A DNA stretch of 64,000 nucleotides, from positions 7,552 through 71,551 of the forward strand of contig JAPLNI010000023.1 in assembly GCA_026692865.1 (NCBI GenBank). Direction: 5' to 3'. Numbering within the stretch: position 1 is the stretch's first letter; every line of letters starts with the position of its first letter. This DNA is from Planctomycetota bacterium (GTDB lineage Bacteria; Planctomycetota; Planctomycetia; Pirellulales; Pirellulaceae). The position numbers and the translations under genes were made by a program. The notes beneath the pieces are model-generated. The model made no database searches and was not told the origin of the DNA. It saw only the letters and a program-made list of their open reading frames with translations. Of the stretch, positions 18,913-29,760 are shown piece after piece.

Positions 18913-19434
18913 AGACTTGCTTCCGACAATGAACTCAGGACGAAAAAGGTCGAGAAAGAAATTGTATGCGGTAGCTCAACATTCATGTTGACGAAACGCA
19001 GCAATCAAGTCACATCGTTTGGTGCAAGCCAACATGAATTCCAATAACCATTCGATCGTCATCAGCGCGACCAACTAGTTATGCTGGGCAAGCAGGACCA
19101 GCCTGAGACCGTAAAGCTGAAAGCAAAACCAAAGCCTGACTTCGCATGACCTCACGCCGACAAGACTTGAGGGGAGAGGAAAAGGAGGGAGAGAAAAATG
19201 TGACATGAACGAATGGCATTTAATTGATCAAAATCCCTATGATTTCGGCCTCACCCGAAGAATCTGTGGGTTCTTTTTGGCTCTGGAAAGTTGCCAAGCT
19301 GATGATATCGCGCGGCCGTGATGGTTTCGGAGTCTTTAATGGCGTACAACTGATACAGGAATGGATTCAACAAATGCAGTCAGACCGCTGACAGTTTGAG
19401 ACTTCGGGTTCGGCAGACAACTTTGGGAGAGACT

Positions 19435-21177
19435 ATGAGACAATTGATCCTACGCATCGTTCTGATCGTGTTCGTGCTGCCTGACGTAGCACTCCCCTTT
19501 CAAAACAATGAAGCTCCTGACGTCATTTTTTATAACGCACAGATCATCACTGTCGACAAACAGTTTTCCATCCAACAGGCTGTCGCTATTTCAGGTGAAA
19601 AAATTGTTGCTGTCGGTACGAACGATCAGGTATTGAGGTTAGCTGAATCAACAACCAAGCGCGTCGACTTGCAAAGAAAGAGTGTGCTCCCTGGGCTGAT
19701 AGATTCTCATGTACATGCAACTGCTGCCTCGATGCACGAGTTCGACCACACGATTCCAACGATGCAAACGATCGAAGACGTGTTGGCTTACATCAAGAGC
19801 CGTGCGGACATCCTCGAAGATGGCGAGTGGATCACCGTGAGTCAAGTTTTTGTCACTCGGCTAAACGACCAGCGTTTTCCAAATCGAAAAGAACTCGATC
19901 AAGTCGCTCCTAATAATCCAGTCTTTTTTCGAACCGGCCCCGACGCTGCTCTGAATTCCATGGCGTTAGAACGAAGCGGTATCGACAAAGATTTTCAATT
20001 TCCGGAGGGGATCAAGGGCCGAATTGAGTTGGATCCGGTAACTGGAGAGTTGACCGGTATTATTCGCAGCGCCGAGAAGTTTTTGAAGGTACCCGCAACT
20101 GGCTCCAAGCCGAGCGAGACCGATCGAACATCGCAATTGAAGCGACTGATTTCGGACTACAATTCGGTTGGAATCACAAGCATTTCCGATCGCAACGCCA
20201 GCGACGACAATATTCTGACGTACAGGTCACTCAAGGACGCTAACGAACTGAATTGCCGTGTGTTTCTTTACTATGGGATCAACGCGGCTGACTCTATGGA
20301 TAACATCCAACAAAAGATTCGCAACGCTGCCAACTCGCCTCTGCACGCTTACAACGATCGATTATGGCTACGCGGGGTAAAGGTGTTTCTCGATGGTGGC
20401 ATGCTAACTGGTAGCGCCTACATGCAGAAACCGTGGGGGATCAGCAGTATCTATGGAATCAATGATCCGGAGTATCGTGGTGTTCGCTATATCGATCCAG
20501 AAAAGCTTTACGCAATCAGCAAGCTAGCGTTGTCGCAAGATTTGCAAATGACGGCGCATTCCGTCGGGGATGCGGCGATTGAGTTGCTTGTGAAAACATA
20601 TGAAACCATCGATCGTGACGATTTCTCGATCCGTGACAAGCGTCCTTGCGTAACGCATTGCAATTTCATGTCCCCTGAAGTGATTGAAACGATGTCCAAA
20701 CTAGGCATTGTCGCTGACCTGCAACCGATCTGGCTCTGGCTGGATGGGAAAACCTTGCGCAAGCAATTCGGCGAGGAACGCATGCGGTATTTTCAGCCCT
20801 ATCGCACGCTTTTTGAGAAAAAGGTGATGGTCGGTGGCGGGTCGGACCACATGCAAAAGATTGGTAGCCTTCGCTCTGTGAATCCTTACAACCCGTTCCT
20901 TGGAATGTGGATTGCAATGCAACGCCGGCCACGAACGGACAGCAAAGCAATTTATCCAGAACAATCGCTTTCTCGCGAGCAGGTGATTCGGCTCTACACA
21001 ATCAACAACGCATGGCTCTCTTTTGAAGAAACCAAGAAAGGCTCCATCGAGCCCGGCAAACTCGCCGACCTCATTGTTCTGGAAACCGACATTTTGAATT
21101 GCCCTGTGGATGAGATAAAGGACATTCAAGTGCACCAAACTTATGTTGGTGGTAAGTTGGTTTACCCCACCCCATAA
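19435..21177 (+). CDS. amidohydrolase-family (Amidohydro_3-type) metal-dependent hydrolase, secreted
   Basis: Signal peptide MRQLILRIVLIVFVL. HxH motif GLIDSHVHA; length and C-terminal GG(S/T)D...H pattern typical of the family. Confidence 0.85.
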   Translation: MRQLILRIVLIVFVLPDVALPFQNNEAPDVIFYNAQIITVDKQFSIQQAVAISGEKIVAVGTNDQVLRLAESTTKRVDLQRKSVLPGLIDSHVHATAASMHEFDHTIPTMQTIEDVLAYIKSRADILEDGEWITVSQVFVTRLNDQRFPNRKELDQVAPNNPVFFRTGPDAALNSMALERSGIDKDFQFPEGIKGRIELDPVTGELTGIIRSAEKFLKVPATGSKPSETDRTSQLKRLISDYNSVGITSISDRNASDDNILTYRSLKDANELNCRVFLYYGINAADSMDNIQQKIRNAANSPLHAYNDRLWLRGVKVFLDGGMLTGSAYMQKPWGISSIYGINDPEYRGVRYIDPEKLYAISKLALSQDLQMTAHSVGDAAIELLVKTYETIDRDDFSIRDKRPCVTHCNFMSPEVIETMSKLGIVADLQPIWLWLDGKTLRKQFGEERMRYFQPYRTLFEKKVMVGGGSDHMQKIGSLRSVNPYNPFLGMWIAMQRRPRTDSKAIYPEQSLSREQVIRLYTINNAWLSFEETKKGSIEPGKLADLIVLETDILNCPVDEIKDIQVHQTYVGGKLVYPTP

Positions 21178-21226
21178 AGCTTGCCTAACGTGTTTCCAAG
21201 TTAGGTCACCTCTCAAAGGAATTAAC

Positions 21227-22663
21227 ATGTTCATGCTCAACAAAGTTCCTCACACCGGCTGTCCATCAGTTGCACTCCTTCTTTTATGTTTAGTCAGCAA
21301 CGCTTTGTCTCAGGAGACTGCTTCGTTTCCCTCCGGTTGGACGGCCGAGGCACCGCGTGAAGAGATTCGACCGAACTTCTCGTTTGATCCTGAGGGAGGT
21401 CCAAAGAAAGTTGGCAGTTTCATTGTTTCGCACGATCAGCGCGAAGGATTAGACGGTTGGATTCAGAAGACTTTTAAAGTGAATGGAGGCGAGTATGTCC
21501 GCTTTCAGGCTTTTCGTAAACTGAACAATGTGGCAGTTCCAAGGCGGAGTGCGCTCGTGCGAGTCCTCTGGCAGAATGATGACGGGAAGATGGTCTCTGC
21601 TGATGTACCGCCGCAGCAGGTTAGGGAGCTCGGGCATGTCCCGACTGCCGAACCCGAACATCCGGTTGACGGTTCGACCGATGGAAACGGCTGGACCTTT
21701 GTTAGCGGCATCTATCGCGTCCCGACGAAGGCGACACGGGCCGTTGTCGAGTTGCATCTGCAATGGGCTCCAAACGGACGCGTGGAGTGGAGCGATATCG
21801 AGTTAGAAAAGACCACGCCGCCACCCATTCGCAAAGTGCGGCTAGCGACGGTTCACTACAAGCCAATGGGCAAGACGGCTCGCGAGAATTGCGAAGAGTT
21901 CGCTCCACTTATCGCCGAGGCTGCAAAGCAGAACGCAGATCTCGTCGTACTCGGTGAAACTGTCCCCACAGCTTCGCCGAACGTGAAGTCGCAGAAGATA
22001 CACGAAACCGCTGAACCGATCCCTGGCCCATCGACCGACTATTTCGGTGAGATTGCCAAGAAGAACAATTTGTACATCGTGCTGAGCCTCTACGAGCGAG
22101 ATCAACATCTTGTTTACAACACGGCTGTGTTGCTCGGACCAGACGGCCAACTGATCGGTAAGTATCGCAAGGTCTGTCTACCGCACGGCGAGGTCGAGAA
22201 GGGAATTGCGCCTGGACACGACTTTCCGGTATTCGAAACGCGGTTCGGAAAAGTGGGACTGATGGTTTGCTACGATGGCTTCTTTCCAGAAGTCGCTCGC
22301 GAGCTTTCCAATCGAGGCGCGGAGGTCATCGCTTGGCCAGTGTGGGGCTGCAACCCACAACTTGCGAAAGCTCGCGCTTGTGAGAATCATGTTTACATCG
22401 TCAGCAGCACATTCATGGCGCCGAAAGATGGATGGATGCTCTCAGCCGTCTTCGATCAAACCGGCAAAACGATCGCCCAAGCAGAAACATGGGGCACAGT
22501 CGCAGTTGCTGAAGTCGAGTTGAGCAAGCCCTACATTGGCCCCTGGAATCTCGGCGATTTCCGATCGATGATAGAGCGGCATCGGCCCATTGTGAAAGCT
22601 GAGATAAAGTCAGCTGAGAAAACAGTCGAAGCCGTTCACTCAAACGGGAGACAATTGAAATGA
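21227..22663 (+). CDS. carbon-nitrogen hydrolase (nitrilase superfamily) with N-terminal ~200-aa beta-rich domain, secreted
   Basis: Signal peptide MFMLNKV...LLLLCLVSNALSQ. CN-hydrolase block VRLATVHYKP...VVLGE...KYRKVCLP...GLMVCYDGFFPE (catalytic E-K-C). Confidence 0.85.
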   Translation: MFMLNKVPHTGCPSVALLLLCLVSNALSQETASFPSGWTAEAPREEIRPNFSFDPEGGPKKVGSFIVSHDQREGLDGWIQKTFKVNGGEYVRFQAFRKLNNVAVPRRSALVRVLWQNDDGKMVSADVPPQQVRELGHVPTAEPEHPVDGSTDGNGWTFVSGIYRVPTKATRAVVELHLQWAPNGRVEWSDIELEKTTPPPIRKVRLATVHYKPMGKTARENCEEFAPLIAEAAKQNADLVVLGETVPTASPNVKSQKIHETAEPIPGPSTDYFGEIAKKNNLYIVLSLYERDQHLVYNTAVLLGPDGQLIGKYRKVCLPHGEVEKGIAPGHDFPVFETRFGKVGLMVCYDGFFPEVARELSNRGAEVIAWPVWGCNPQLAKARACENHVYIVSSTFMAPKDGWMLSAVFDQTGKTIAQAETWGTVAVAEVELSKPYIGPWNLGDFRSMIERHRPIVKAEIKSAEKTVEAVHSNGRQLK

Positions 22664-23142
22664 ACGCGCAAACGGCCACTGAACTCATTCATCGATTAGA
22701 GCAATCGGTAACGACTCTGGGTTATGAACTGTCTGCCTGACTCTGGTTTCTTTTTTTCGTTTGGTCTGCCTCACCGAGCGGACCAAAGTTGCGAACTTTG
22801 CCACTGTGTAACGGAAAACGCGAACGTCTGGCTCGAGAAACGTATCGGCGATCGAAAAGGGAATGTTCGAAAGCTAGTCATGTGATATGGTGGAATTCTG
22901 CGACAATCAAAGCTTTCGTCCGAAGCCAGCGACGGACTTCGTGTGTCAAAACATTGCCCATCACGAATTTGTACATTGCGAGGACTTGCGGCCTGGGCGC
23001 GGTTCACTATTCGAAATTCAGCGTCCATGAAGTCATCGGTCCACTATGCGAAATCTTGACTTTAGTTCTTGGAACGGAGCTCTGACGACTCTGTTAGGGT
23101 TGGTCCTCGTGTCCGTGGTTGCTGTGGGAATTCGCCTGCTGC

Positions 23143-23322
23143 TTACTCGATTTCTTGGCCAGGTATTTCGCCAGTTAGCATCGGTGGTACAAGAGCAAGA
23201 CCAGTGGTCAATGCCGTCATCCTGATCGGTGCGAGGCGCTCCGCCGCGCCACGCATCACCAATTCCATTTGGTTGGTGACGCCTTCCTCGATGGCAAGGT
23301 GCCAATAGTGGCTGATGAGCAT
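23143..23322 (-). pseudogene. C-terminal fragment of an RND (AcrB/CzcA/CusA-type) efflux pump
   Basis: 59-aa [62 protein letters not shown], compare AcrB [30 protein letters not shown]. Upstream frames are full of stops, so it is an isolated remnant abutting the end of the serine-hydrolase gene. Confidence 0.4.
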
Positions 23323-23454
23323 AAGAGAACGATAAATTCGAAATAGTAATTGAGTTAGTAGTAAATTACGTCTTCTGCAAAAATCCTAGAGATATTGAGC
23401 GTTTGGGTGCAGGTCGAGCCATTTCGAACAGCGGCGATCCCTCATTGACGAGAT

Positions 23455-25203
23455 CTATTCCTTGTCCTTGTTGATTGCGTCCGCGATAACTTCAAAGAAA
23501 CGGGTCCAGTACTCGTTGTCCAGTTGATGAAACTGCTTCCTCGCTTGGACGATGACCAGTTGCTGATCGGGATCAACGACCAAGATGCAACCCGAAAACG
23601 ATCCGTGACCAAATGCATTCTCGCTAAACAATAGATCGCTAGGCTCCGCGGGATCTGTGGACGCCCCTGGGCGGCGATGGCGAATGCGGTGTAATCCCAG
23701 TCCATGCTCGCCGGCTACGGTGAGTTCGCCGGTCGTCTTGGGGAGCATTTCGTTAAAAGTTTCTGGCGAAATGAATTGGTACTGTCCATAGCTGCCGCGA
23801 TTCGCTAACCACTGTCCGATGACAGCTAGTTCCATGGCGGTGAACTCGCCATCGGAGCTGGCATTTCCCATGATAATGTCTTGCAACCCCAACGGCGCAA
23901 AGAGATGTTCATGGTAAATTCTCGGTGCACACTTGCCGGTCTTGATCTCCATTGCTTTGGCAGCCAATTCAAAACCGAGACCACAGTATTCGTGCTTCTT
24001 GCCCGGTTCGTTCACGTCGACGCCATTGAGCACGATGTTTTCAAGGTGAGGATTGAACATCCCACCCCATTCGCCATGCCCGCTTAAACCGCTGGTATGG
24101 TTCAGCAGTTGGCGAAAGGTCGGAACATAGGATGCGTTGGCAGGATAGTCGGGAAAGACTCGATCCAGCGTCCAGTCCAATTCGATCAAGCCTTGATCGA
24201 CCAATTGGCTGAACATAATAGCCGTCATCGTTTTGGTGATCGATGCGACCCAGCAGCGGTAATCCAAATCGATCGATTTGCCGCTCGAATCGGTTCCAAA
24301 CGACGCATGAGTGATGATGACCCCATTCTTGGCTACCAAGGTAGCGAATGGTTCCTTGGTGGCTGCGACCCACTCCTGACAAAACGCGTCGATGGCAGAC
24401 TTGGCGTGCTTCGGTACCCCAGACTCTTCCGCGGAACCTTGGCGAATCATTGGTGCTGGATTCGGATTTTTTCGGGGAGGATTCAGCGGCTTTCGGGTAG
24501 CGTCGACATCCATCAACTTGAGCTTCAGATTGAGATGATGTTGTGCGTTCATCGCAGCTGTCCATTCTGGGAACTTCTTGGGGCGACCAAGCTCTGGCGA
24601 CTCTGCAATCCCGGCGACCAAAATCGCTCCCTTTTCGTGATCCATCAGCGACTTCACTAAAAAATCTTTCGAACTCCGATCGAATTCCGCTTGGTGTTCT
24701 TTCCATGCAACAGGAGCATCCTTTCCAGGGAAGTTGGGCAGGTGAACGGTCAAGTCAGGTATAAAAACGTTCGAGCTATCCAGCTTGGGTGGTAGCGCGT
24801 AAAACGTGAGGGCACGACGGAACGGCGTTTTATTCGGAGCTGTTCCTTCTAACAGAGCAATCCATCGCCCTCCCTTATTGGGAAGCTTGGCTTCTTCAAG
24901 GTTAGAATCGAACCAGCGGATAACAAACCCCGGAGCAAACCCGAAGTTTCTGGCGGCTTCGGCATCCCTCCAAACAACCTTCGGGGGCAACGCTAGCGGG
25001 AAGATCCAACTGCCTTGCCGCGAGGTGAACAGCTCCAGCGATTGAAAATCCTTGCGCAATGTTCGCTGTGCTTCGATTAAACTTTGTACATCTTGAGCAT
25101 CTGCAATGGGATAAACCCAAGTCGCGAGAGAGGCAATAAGGACACTAACTCGAAGCAGAATGGTCGGCATTTTGGGTAGTAAACGGAAAAGGATTGGGCT
25201 CAT
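23455..25203 (-). CDS. beta-lactamase-related serine hydrolase (SxxK) with N-terminal extension, secreted
   Basis: 582 aa. Signal peptide, SITK active-site motif (WVASITKTMTAIMFSQL) and downstream Y..N and HxG-type elements. Confidence 0.8.
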   Translation of the reverse strand: MSPILFRLLPKMPTILLRVSVLIASLATWVYPIADAQDVQSLIEAQRTLRKDFQSLELFTSRQGSWIFPLALPPKVVWRDAEAARNFGFAPGFVIRWFDSNLEEAKLPNKGGRWIALLEGTAPNKTPFRRALTFYALPPKLDSSNVFIPDLTVHLPNFPGKDAPVAWKEHQAEFDRSSKDFLVKSLMDHEKGAILVAGIAESPELGRPKKFPEWTAAMNAQHHLNLKLKLMDVDATRKPLNPPRKNPNPAPMIRQGSAEESGVPKHAKSAIDAFCQEWVAATKEPFATLVAKNGVIITHASFGTDSSGKSIDLDYRCWVASITKTMTAIMFSQLVDQGLIELDWTLDRVFPDYPANASYVPTFRQLLNHTSGLSGHGEWGGMFNPHLENIVLNGVDVNEPGKKHEYCGLGFELAAKAMEIKTGKCAPRIYHEHLFAPLGLQDIIMGNASSDGEFTAMELAVIGQWLANRGSYGQYQFISPETFNEMLPKTTGELTVAGEHGLGLHRIRHRRPGASTDPAEPSDLLFSENAFGHGSFSGCILVVDPDQQLVIVQARKQFHQLDNEYWTRFFEVIADAINKDKE

Positions 25204-25753
25204 GTATCATGGCTTGATCAGCGTAGTCATTCCGTTGATTTCGATCCGCGGCAAAGAAGTCGAATTGCGTGGGTGCACATGCGTTGAACGGTACGGGAAC
25301 GCCAGCCTCGGCAATTAAATTCTTCGCGATGCGGGCCAGCAGCACATAATCGCAGCACATAATCATCGTCGCCCATAATTCTTCCTTAGTAATACCATTG
25401 TAGCAAAGCATAACCATAAGTCGCGTCCGATTGTGGTTTGGCAGTTAATGGGCCGCTTCGCGCATTCGGCGCACCACATAATTGTTATCATTGTTTGAAA
25501 TTTGCATTCGCTATCGGCTTAGGTGGCGACTTAGACGTTCGAAATATGCAGCCCGCAGGGCGATACATCTCTGCCGGGTGAGGTAAACCACCGGACTCAT
25601 GGCGAAATTTCCATTCGGATATACACGCAGGATTGTTCGCAATCGCATAAACTTTCTGAAGTCCCTCCTGTGTGATATGTTCAACATCTTTGTCACCGGC
25701 TTTTTCCTTCCAGACGCGATGATCGCTCAGAGATTTCAACAGCGGATTCAACT

Positions 25754-28429
25754 ATGCGGATTTTACTCGCTCTTCTTTCGATATCATCTCTCTTTGCAAC
25801 AGCTCCAATGGCGGAAGAGGCGATTCAACTGCCAGTGACCAAAGACAACTCGATCGTCATGGTTGACGGTGAATGGGACTTGAACGCCGGACAGCAAGGG
25901 CGCATTCGTATCAAAGGCAACCAGCATATGGTTGCCATGGCGTTCGACACTTCTGCGATCGCCGGGAAGCGAGTGAAGAAGGCGACGCTAGTTTGCGTGA
26001 AAGGAGAACAGGAGATTTCCGGCGTCAGCATTTCCACCATCTCCACACCGTGGGATGAGTATCGCTCCAGCGGTCTGACAGCGGGAATGGATGGCGTTGC
26101 AGATTGGGGCTACCGGGGAGCCAAGTTTCCGGCCGTCTGCGGAGGCAACGGATTTACACTGGTGCACCAAACGAAGTCAGAAATTCGTGATGGTAAGTAT
26201 CACTGGGACGTGCCGCAGGACATGATTCATGCAATGGCGATAGGCGTCGCACATGGGCTGGCCATACATGAACATGACTCAGAAACAGGACGCAATCCGA
26301 CAATCTGTGCGCGTGAGCAGTCTGGAAAGATACCGTATCTGATCGTAGAGATTGATGATCAATCAGAAGTTAACCCGGAAGCAGCGACTGAACTTCACGT
26401 GGACTCGGCAGACAGTCGTTCGGCGCGACTCATGCTGACGTCGCCAATGCATGGGTTCGCCTACGAAGTCAGCATCGATGGTAAGTTGCTTGGTCGGCAC
26501 AACATCCCACTTGTTATCAACGGTCGCAAACAAACGATTCAGCTGCGAGACCTCTCGACATCGATCGCCGCAGATCAACCCTATGAAATCGAGGTCGTCT
26601 CTTTGAATCGTACGGGACAGCGTTCACAGCCTGCGGTGTTCCGCAGCGTGATTCTGAAATCAGGTTCGATCGAGAAACCGGCAGTGTCTTTGGCGCCGCC
26701 GCATGCGTCACGGGAAGCAGACCTAAGTGTGATTCCGATCGCGGATAAGTATGACTCAGCCGGAAAAGCTGTCGGTGACCTGCCGCCGGATTACCGGACT
26801 CACAATTCGATCTTCAACGGTCACACTGTTCGCCTCACAGCTGCTGCGGGGGAAGTCGTCGGATTTCAGCTATTGCTGCGAAGTCACCGAGGCGAACGCG
26901 ATAAAAAAGTGTCCGTCAAAGTCGAGTTAAACGAAGTGAAGCCGCGAATCGATTTGTATCAAGCCGTATACGTTTCGGCAAAGGCAGAGGCTGGGGGACG
27001 CTTGATTCCCGATCCACTGCTTCCGATGCCGGATTTCATTTTGCTTGAGACTGATACAGATCGCTCCGTCGTTGCCGATGTCTTTATTCCTTTTGACGCT
27101 ATTCCCGGCCTCCGCACAGGCAAGATCACGATCTCCGATGGTCGTGTCGTGCCGCTTGAGATCAAAATTCTTCCTTTCGCATTACCTCGTCAGGCGACGT
27201 TCTTCTGCGAGATGAATGGATACGGTTTGCCCGATCACGTCAACGAATATTATGCCTTGCAGCAAGTCGCGTACGACCATCGAGTTCACGCGAACATCCT
27301 GCATTACTCACACAATTCGGCAGCCCCGGGAACAAGGAAGAGTAATCTCGATATGCGTCTTCGTTCGGGGCGGCGGATGGACAATAAGAGATATGACAAC
27401 ATTGAGCCGGGTGCCACGAAAGGATATTGGGACGATTTTGCGGAAGCCTTCGGGCCGTACATTGATGGCTCACTTTTCAAAGACGGACATCGCGGACCGA
27501 TAGCGGCGCCGGGCTTCTATCTGACGTTTCATGAAAGCTGGCCGTTGAATTGTCGACAGTACTTCAACGGCAATCCGGACGCGTATCAATCTTTCGTCGA
27601 TCGGCCTGAGTATGCTGCGACGTATGTCAATATTTTGCAGGATTTCGCTCGACTTGCCGAATCCAGAGGATGGAAGCGAACCGGCTTTCAGGTCTACTTT
27701 AACAACAAGGGATCTCTCGACGAAAAGACGAAAGCACCGTGGATTCTGGATGAACCATCGGGCTTCTGGGATTACCGGGCATTGCAGTTTTATGGGGAGT
27801 TGACCGATCGCGGCCGCGGAGTTGTGCCCGACGTTCAGATCCGTTATCGCATCGATATTTCACGTCCTGAATACTGCCGAGGCCAGTTGGATCGACGTGA
27901 TGACCTATGGATTGTGTCCTCATCGGCGTTTCAGAATTATCGTCGTCTGGTAACAGACCGCATGCAGAGTGACGGTCTGAAGGCGTGGGTTTATGGGACA
28001 TCGAATCACGTCCATGAGACGAATCGCAATATCCAGGCGTGGGCGCTGGACGCTTGGCAAGACGAAGCGACCGGCATTGTTCCCTGGCAGACGGTCAATA
28101 AATCGGGGAGTGCATTGAAAGAAGCGGATCAACTTGGCTTGTTCATCTTCGACAAGGACACGGCTGGCGAAACTGTCATTCGTCATTCGATGAGACTCAA
28201 GGCCTACCGCGATGCTCAGCAGTTGATCGAGTATCTCAATCTACTACAACAACGCCGACGCTGGTCACAGGTTCAGATGCGTGGTTTCGTCAATCACTAT
28301 GTGGATTTGGAGTCTCAGGTCAACAAAACTAATGAAGAGGACGCTGGCACCACGGCGTATGGTCGGTTGTCAGCATTGGGGCTTGAGACGCTCAAGTTGG
28401 CAACCGCCGAGCTGTTGGAAGAAAAGTAG
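25754..28429 (+). CDS. large secreted protein of unknown function (891 aa)
   Basis: Clear signal peptide MRILLALLSISSLFATAPMA. Long ORF with globular composition. No family assignable from sequence alone. Confidence 0.75.
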   Translation: MRILLALLSISSLFATAPMAEEAIQLPVTKDNSIVMVDGEWDLNAGQQGRIRIKGNQHMVAMAFDTSAIAGKRVKKATLVCVKGEQEISGVSISTISTPWDEYRSSGLTAGMDGVADWGYRGAKFPAVCGGNGFTLVHQTKSEIRDGKYHWDVPQDMIHAMAIGVAHGLAIHEHDSETGRNPTICAREQSGKIPYLIVEIDDQSEVNPEAATELHVDSADSRSARLMLTSPMHGFAYEVSIDGKLLGRHNIPLVINGRKQTIQLRDLSTSIAADQPYEIEVVSLNRTGQRSQPAVFRSVILKSGSIEKPAVSLAPPHASREADLSVIPIADKYDSAGKAVGDLPPDYRTHNSIFNGHTVRLTAAAGEVVGFQLLLRSHRGERDKKVSVKVELNEVKPRIDLYQAVYVSAKAEAGGRLIPDPLLPMPDFILLETDTDRSVVADVFIPFDAIPGLRTGKITISDGRVVPLEIKILPFALPRQATFFCEMNGYGLPDHVNEYYALQQVAYDHRVHANILHYSHNSAAPGTRKSNLDMRLRSGRRMDNKRYDNIEPGATKGYWDDFAEAFGPYIDGSLFKDGHRGPIAAPGFYLTFHESWPLNCRQYFNGNPDAYQSFVDRPEYAATYVNILQDFARLAESRGWKRTGFQVYFNNKGSLDEKTKAPWILDEPSGFWDYRALQFYGELTDRGRGVVPDVQIRYRIDISRPEYCRGQLDRRDDLWIVSSSAFQNYRRLVTDRMQSDGLKAWVYGTSNHVHETNRNIQAWALDAWQDEATGIVPWQTVNKSGSALKEADQLGLFIFDKDTAGETVIRHSMRLKAYRDAQQLIEYLNLLQQRRRWSQVQMRGFVNHYVDLESQVNKTNEEDAGTTAYGRLSALGLETLKLATAELLEEK

Positions 28430-28643
28430 CCACTCTGGCAATCCTCGACCAAGCTCGAAGGATTGCAAGCTGTCTTTTCGCTGATGTCAACTCGGTTCGC
28501 AAGAAATCAATCTCGTCTTTCGCTGGATCAGCCGAGGTGACAACTCGTTTGGTAGGCCTACGCTTCCAACAGCTAATCGTCGTCCGGGGCACACCTAGCA
28601 ACTGTGCGATATGAACATCGCCACCATGAACACGAAGACGCAA
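28392..28643 (-). mobile_element. transposase OrfA-like HTH/leucine-zipper fragment (IS3-family-like), remnant
   Basis: 83-aa ORF ...HIAQLLGVPRTTISCWKRR...DEIDFLRTELTSAKRQLAILRAW resembles the IS3/IS911 OrfA pattern (HTH ...Y.WRKK...E...LKRQLAE...LAILKKA). No OrfB follows. Confidence 0.35.
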
Positions 28644-28783
28644 CCGATGGTCGTAAGCATTCTGAAGTCGTATCGAGAGTAAAAATTTTTGGGGCAGAGG
28701 GTAGGTGGCTGGTGCGATCGTAATCGACCGAAGACAACCGGAATTAACTCAAAGACGACTTACCCGTATTTCGGATCGATTTT

Positions 28784-28975
28784 ATGGCAATTGGTATTGA
28801 TCCTCTTGTTGATTTTGCGGCCAAGCGGGTACTCGGCAGCCCCGAGCACTCGCGGATCACGCTCCATTTCTTGAACTCGGTGCTGCGAACCTCACGCCCG
28901 AGGAGCTGTATCACTGCTTACCCGATCCGGTGTTTGCCGAAGCCACATCCGAGGGAAAGCCACCATCCATGAAAA
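28784..28975 (+). pseudogene. N-terminal fragment of an Rpn/Transposase_31 (PD-(D/E)XK) family gene, frameshifted and truncated
   Basis: IDPLVDFAAKRVLGSPEHSRITLHFLNSVL fits the family N-terminus (D.LFK..F..pe....l..FLN.iL). Continuation NLTPEELYHCLPDPVFAEATSEGK is in another frame, then stop. Confidence 0.3.
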
Positions 28976-29760
28976 GTTGCTAAGACCAATGACCACGCAA
29001 ATTGATTGGCGCGATCAAAGAAAGATTTGGAAAAAGATCAAATCGAGGTAGACTTCAAAATCAATTTGCATCAAACACAGCTTGGGCAAGCAATCCTATC
29101 CAGGAAGTACAGATGCGTAGAAGCTCTCTAATACTAACTCGTTTTTACTTCATTCGCTATCGCCTGGTCCAGCTTGACAGAACCCAGTCGTTTGGCCTCT
29201 TGAAGCTCTCTTGCGAATACACGCAGCTCGTCAACGATATCTAAACGGCGCATTATAGCGTCCGGAGACATATCGCAGCTGACGCCGCGTGATTGAGATT
29301 TCGTAGACGGCGTTCCCTGGTTCGGTGCATTAGCCATGAACAACCACCGCCAGTCCGCCGCATAGCGCATAGTCAATATCTGACTTGTCAAAGCATGAGG
29401 CGATCCGAAGCAGTTCTTCCTTTAATTTCATATCGGATCACTTTCGATCAATACTTCGCGAACCTTACCGGGGCAGCCGTATCTTATACCTCAGTTAGTC
29501 AACAAAATGAACAAGAGGGAGTAGAGCAAACGAAATAGATCAAGCATAGGACTTCATACTACAGGAATGTTCGCCTGGGAGCGGACTCGGTCTCCAAAGC
29601 CTCTGTCTTGGAAATCTAGGTACAGTGTTCGAATCACTGCGTTCCTGCTTTTTAAGCAAGCGTTCGGTCGATGTGGTTCCGACGGCGCGGCGGTCTCTGC
29701 TCGTTTGCGGTTGGTTCGTCGTGTTCCGTGCACGGGCTCTGGAAACGATATCGATTGAAG

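Noticed and set aside
24041-24764. ORFs 24041..24706 (-), 24097..24660 (+), 24543..24764 (+) within the serine-hydrolase gene
   Set aside because: Alternative-frame or antisense ORFs inside a gene with strong SxxK-family support.
25145-25751. Minus-strand ORFs 25145..25417 (90 aa) and 25488..25751 (87 aa) in the divergent intergenic region
   Set aside because: No motif. The first overlaps the serine-hydrolase start by 58 bp. Could be real small genes, but evidence is insufficient.
29740-29760. Possible intact 5' acceptor strand for the tRNA
   Set aside because: I looked for gcgtcag (the complement of the 3' strand) in the 60 nt upstream; it is absent. attgaag pairs at only 2-3 of 7 positions.
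28975-29760. ORF 29134..29391 (-, 85 aa) and neighbours as an integrase or excisionase remnant
   Set aside because: The sequence (…LDIVDELRVFARELQEAKRLGSVKLDQ…) does not match tyrosine-recombinase or Xis signatures I can recognise.
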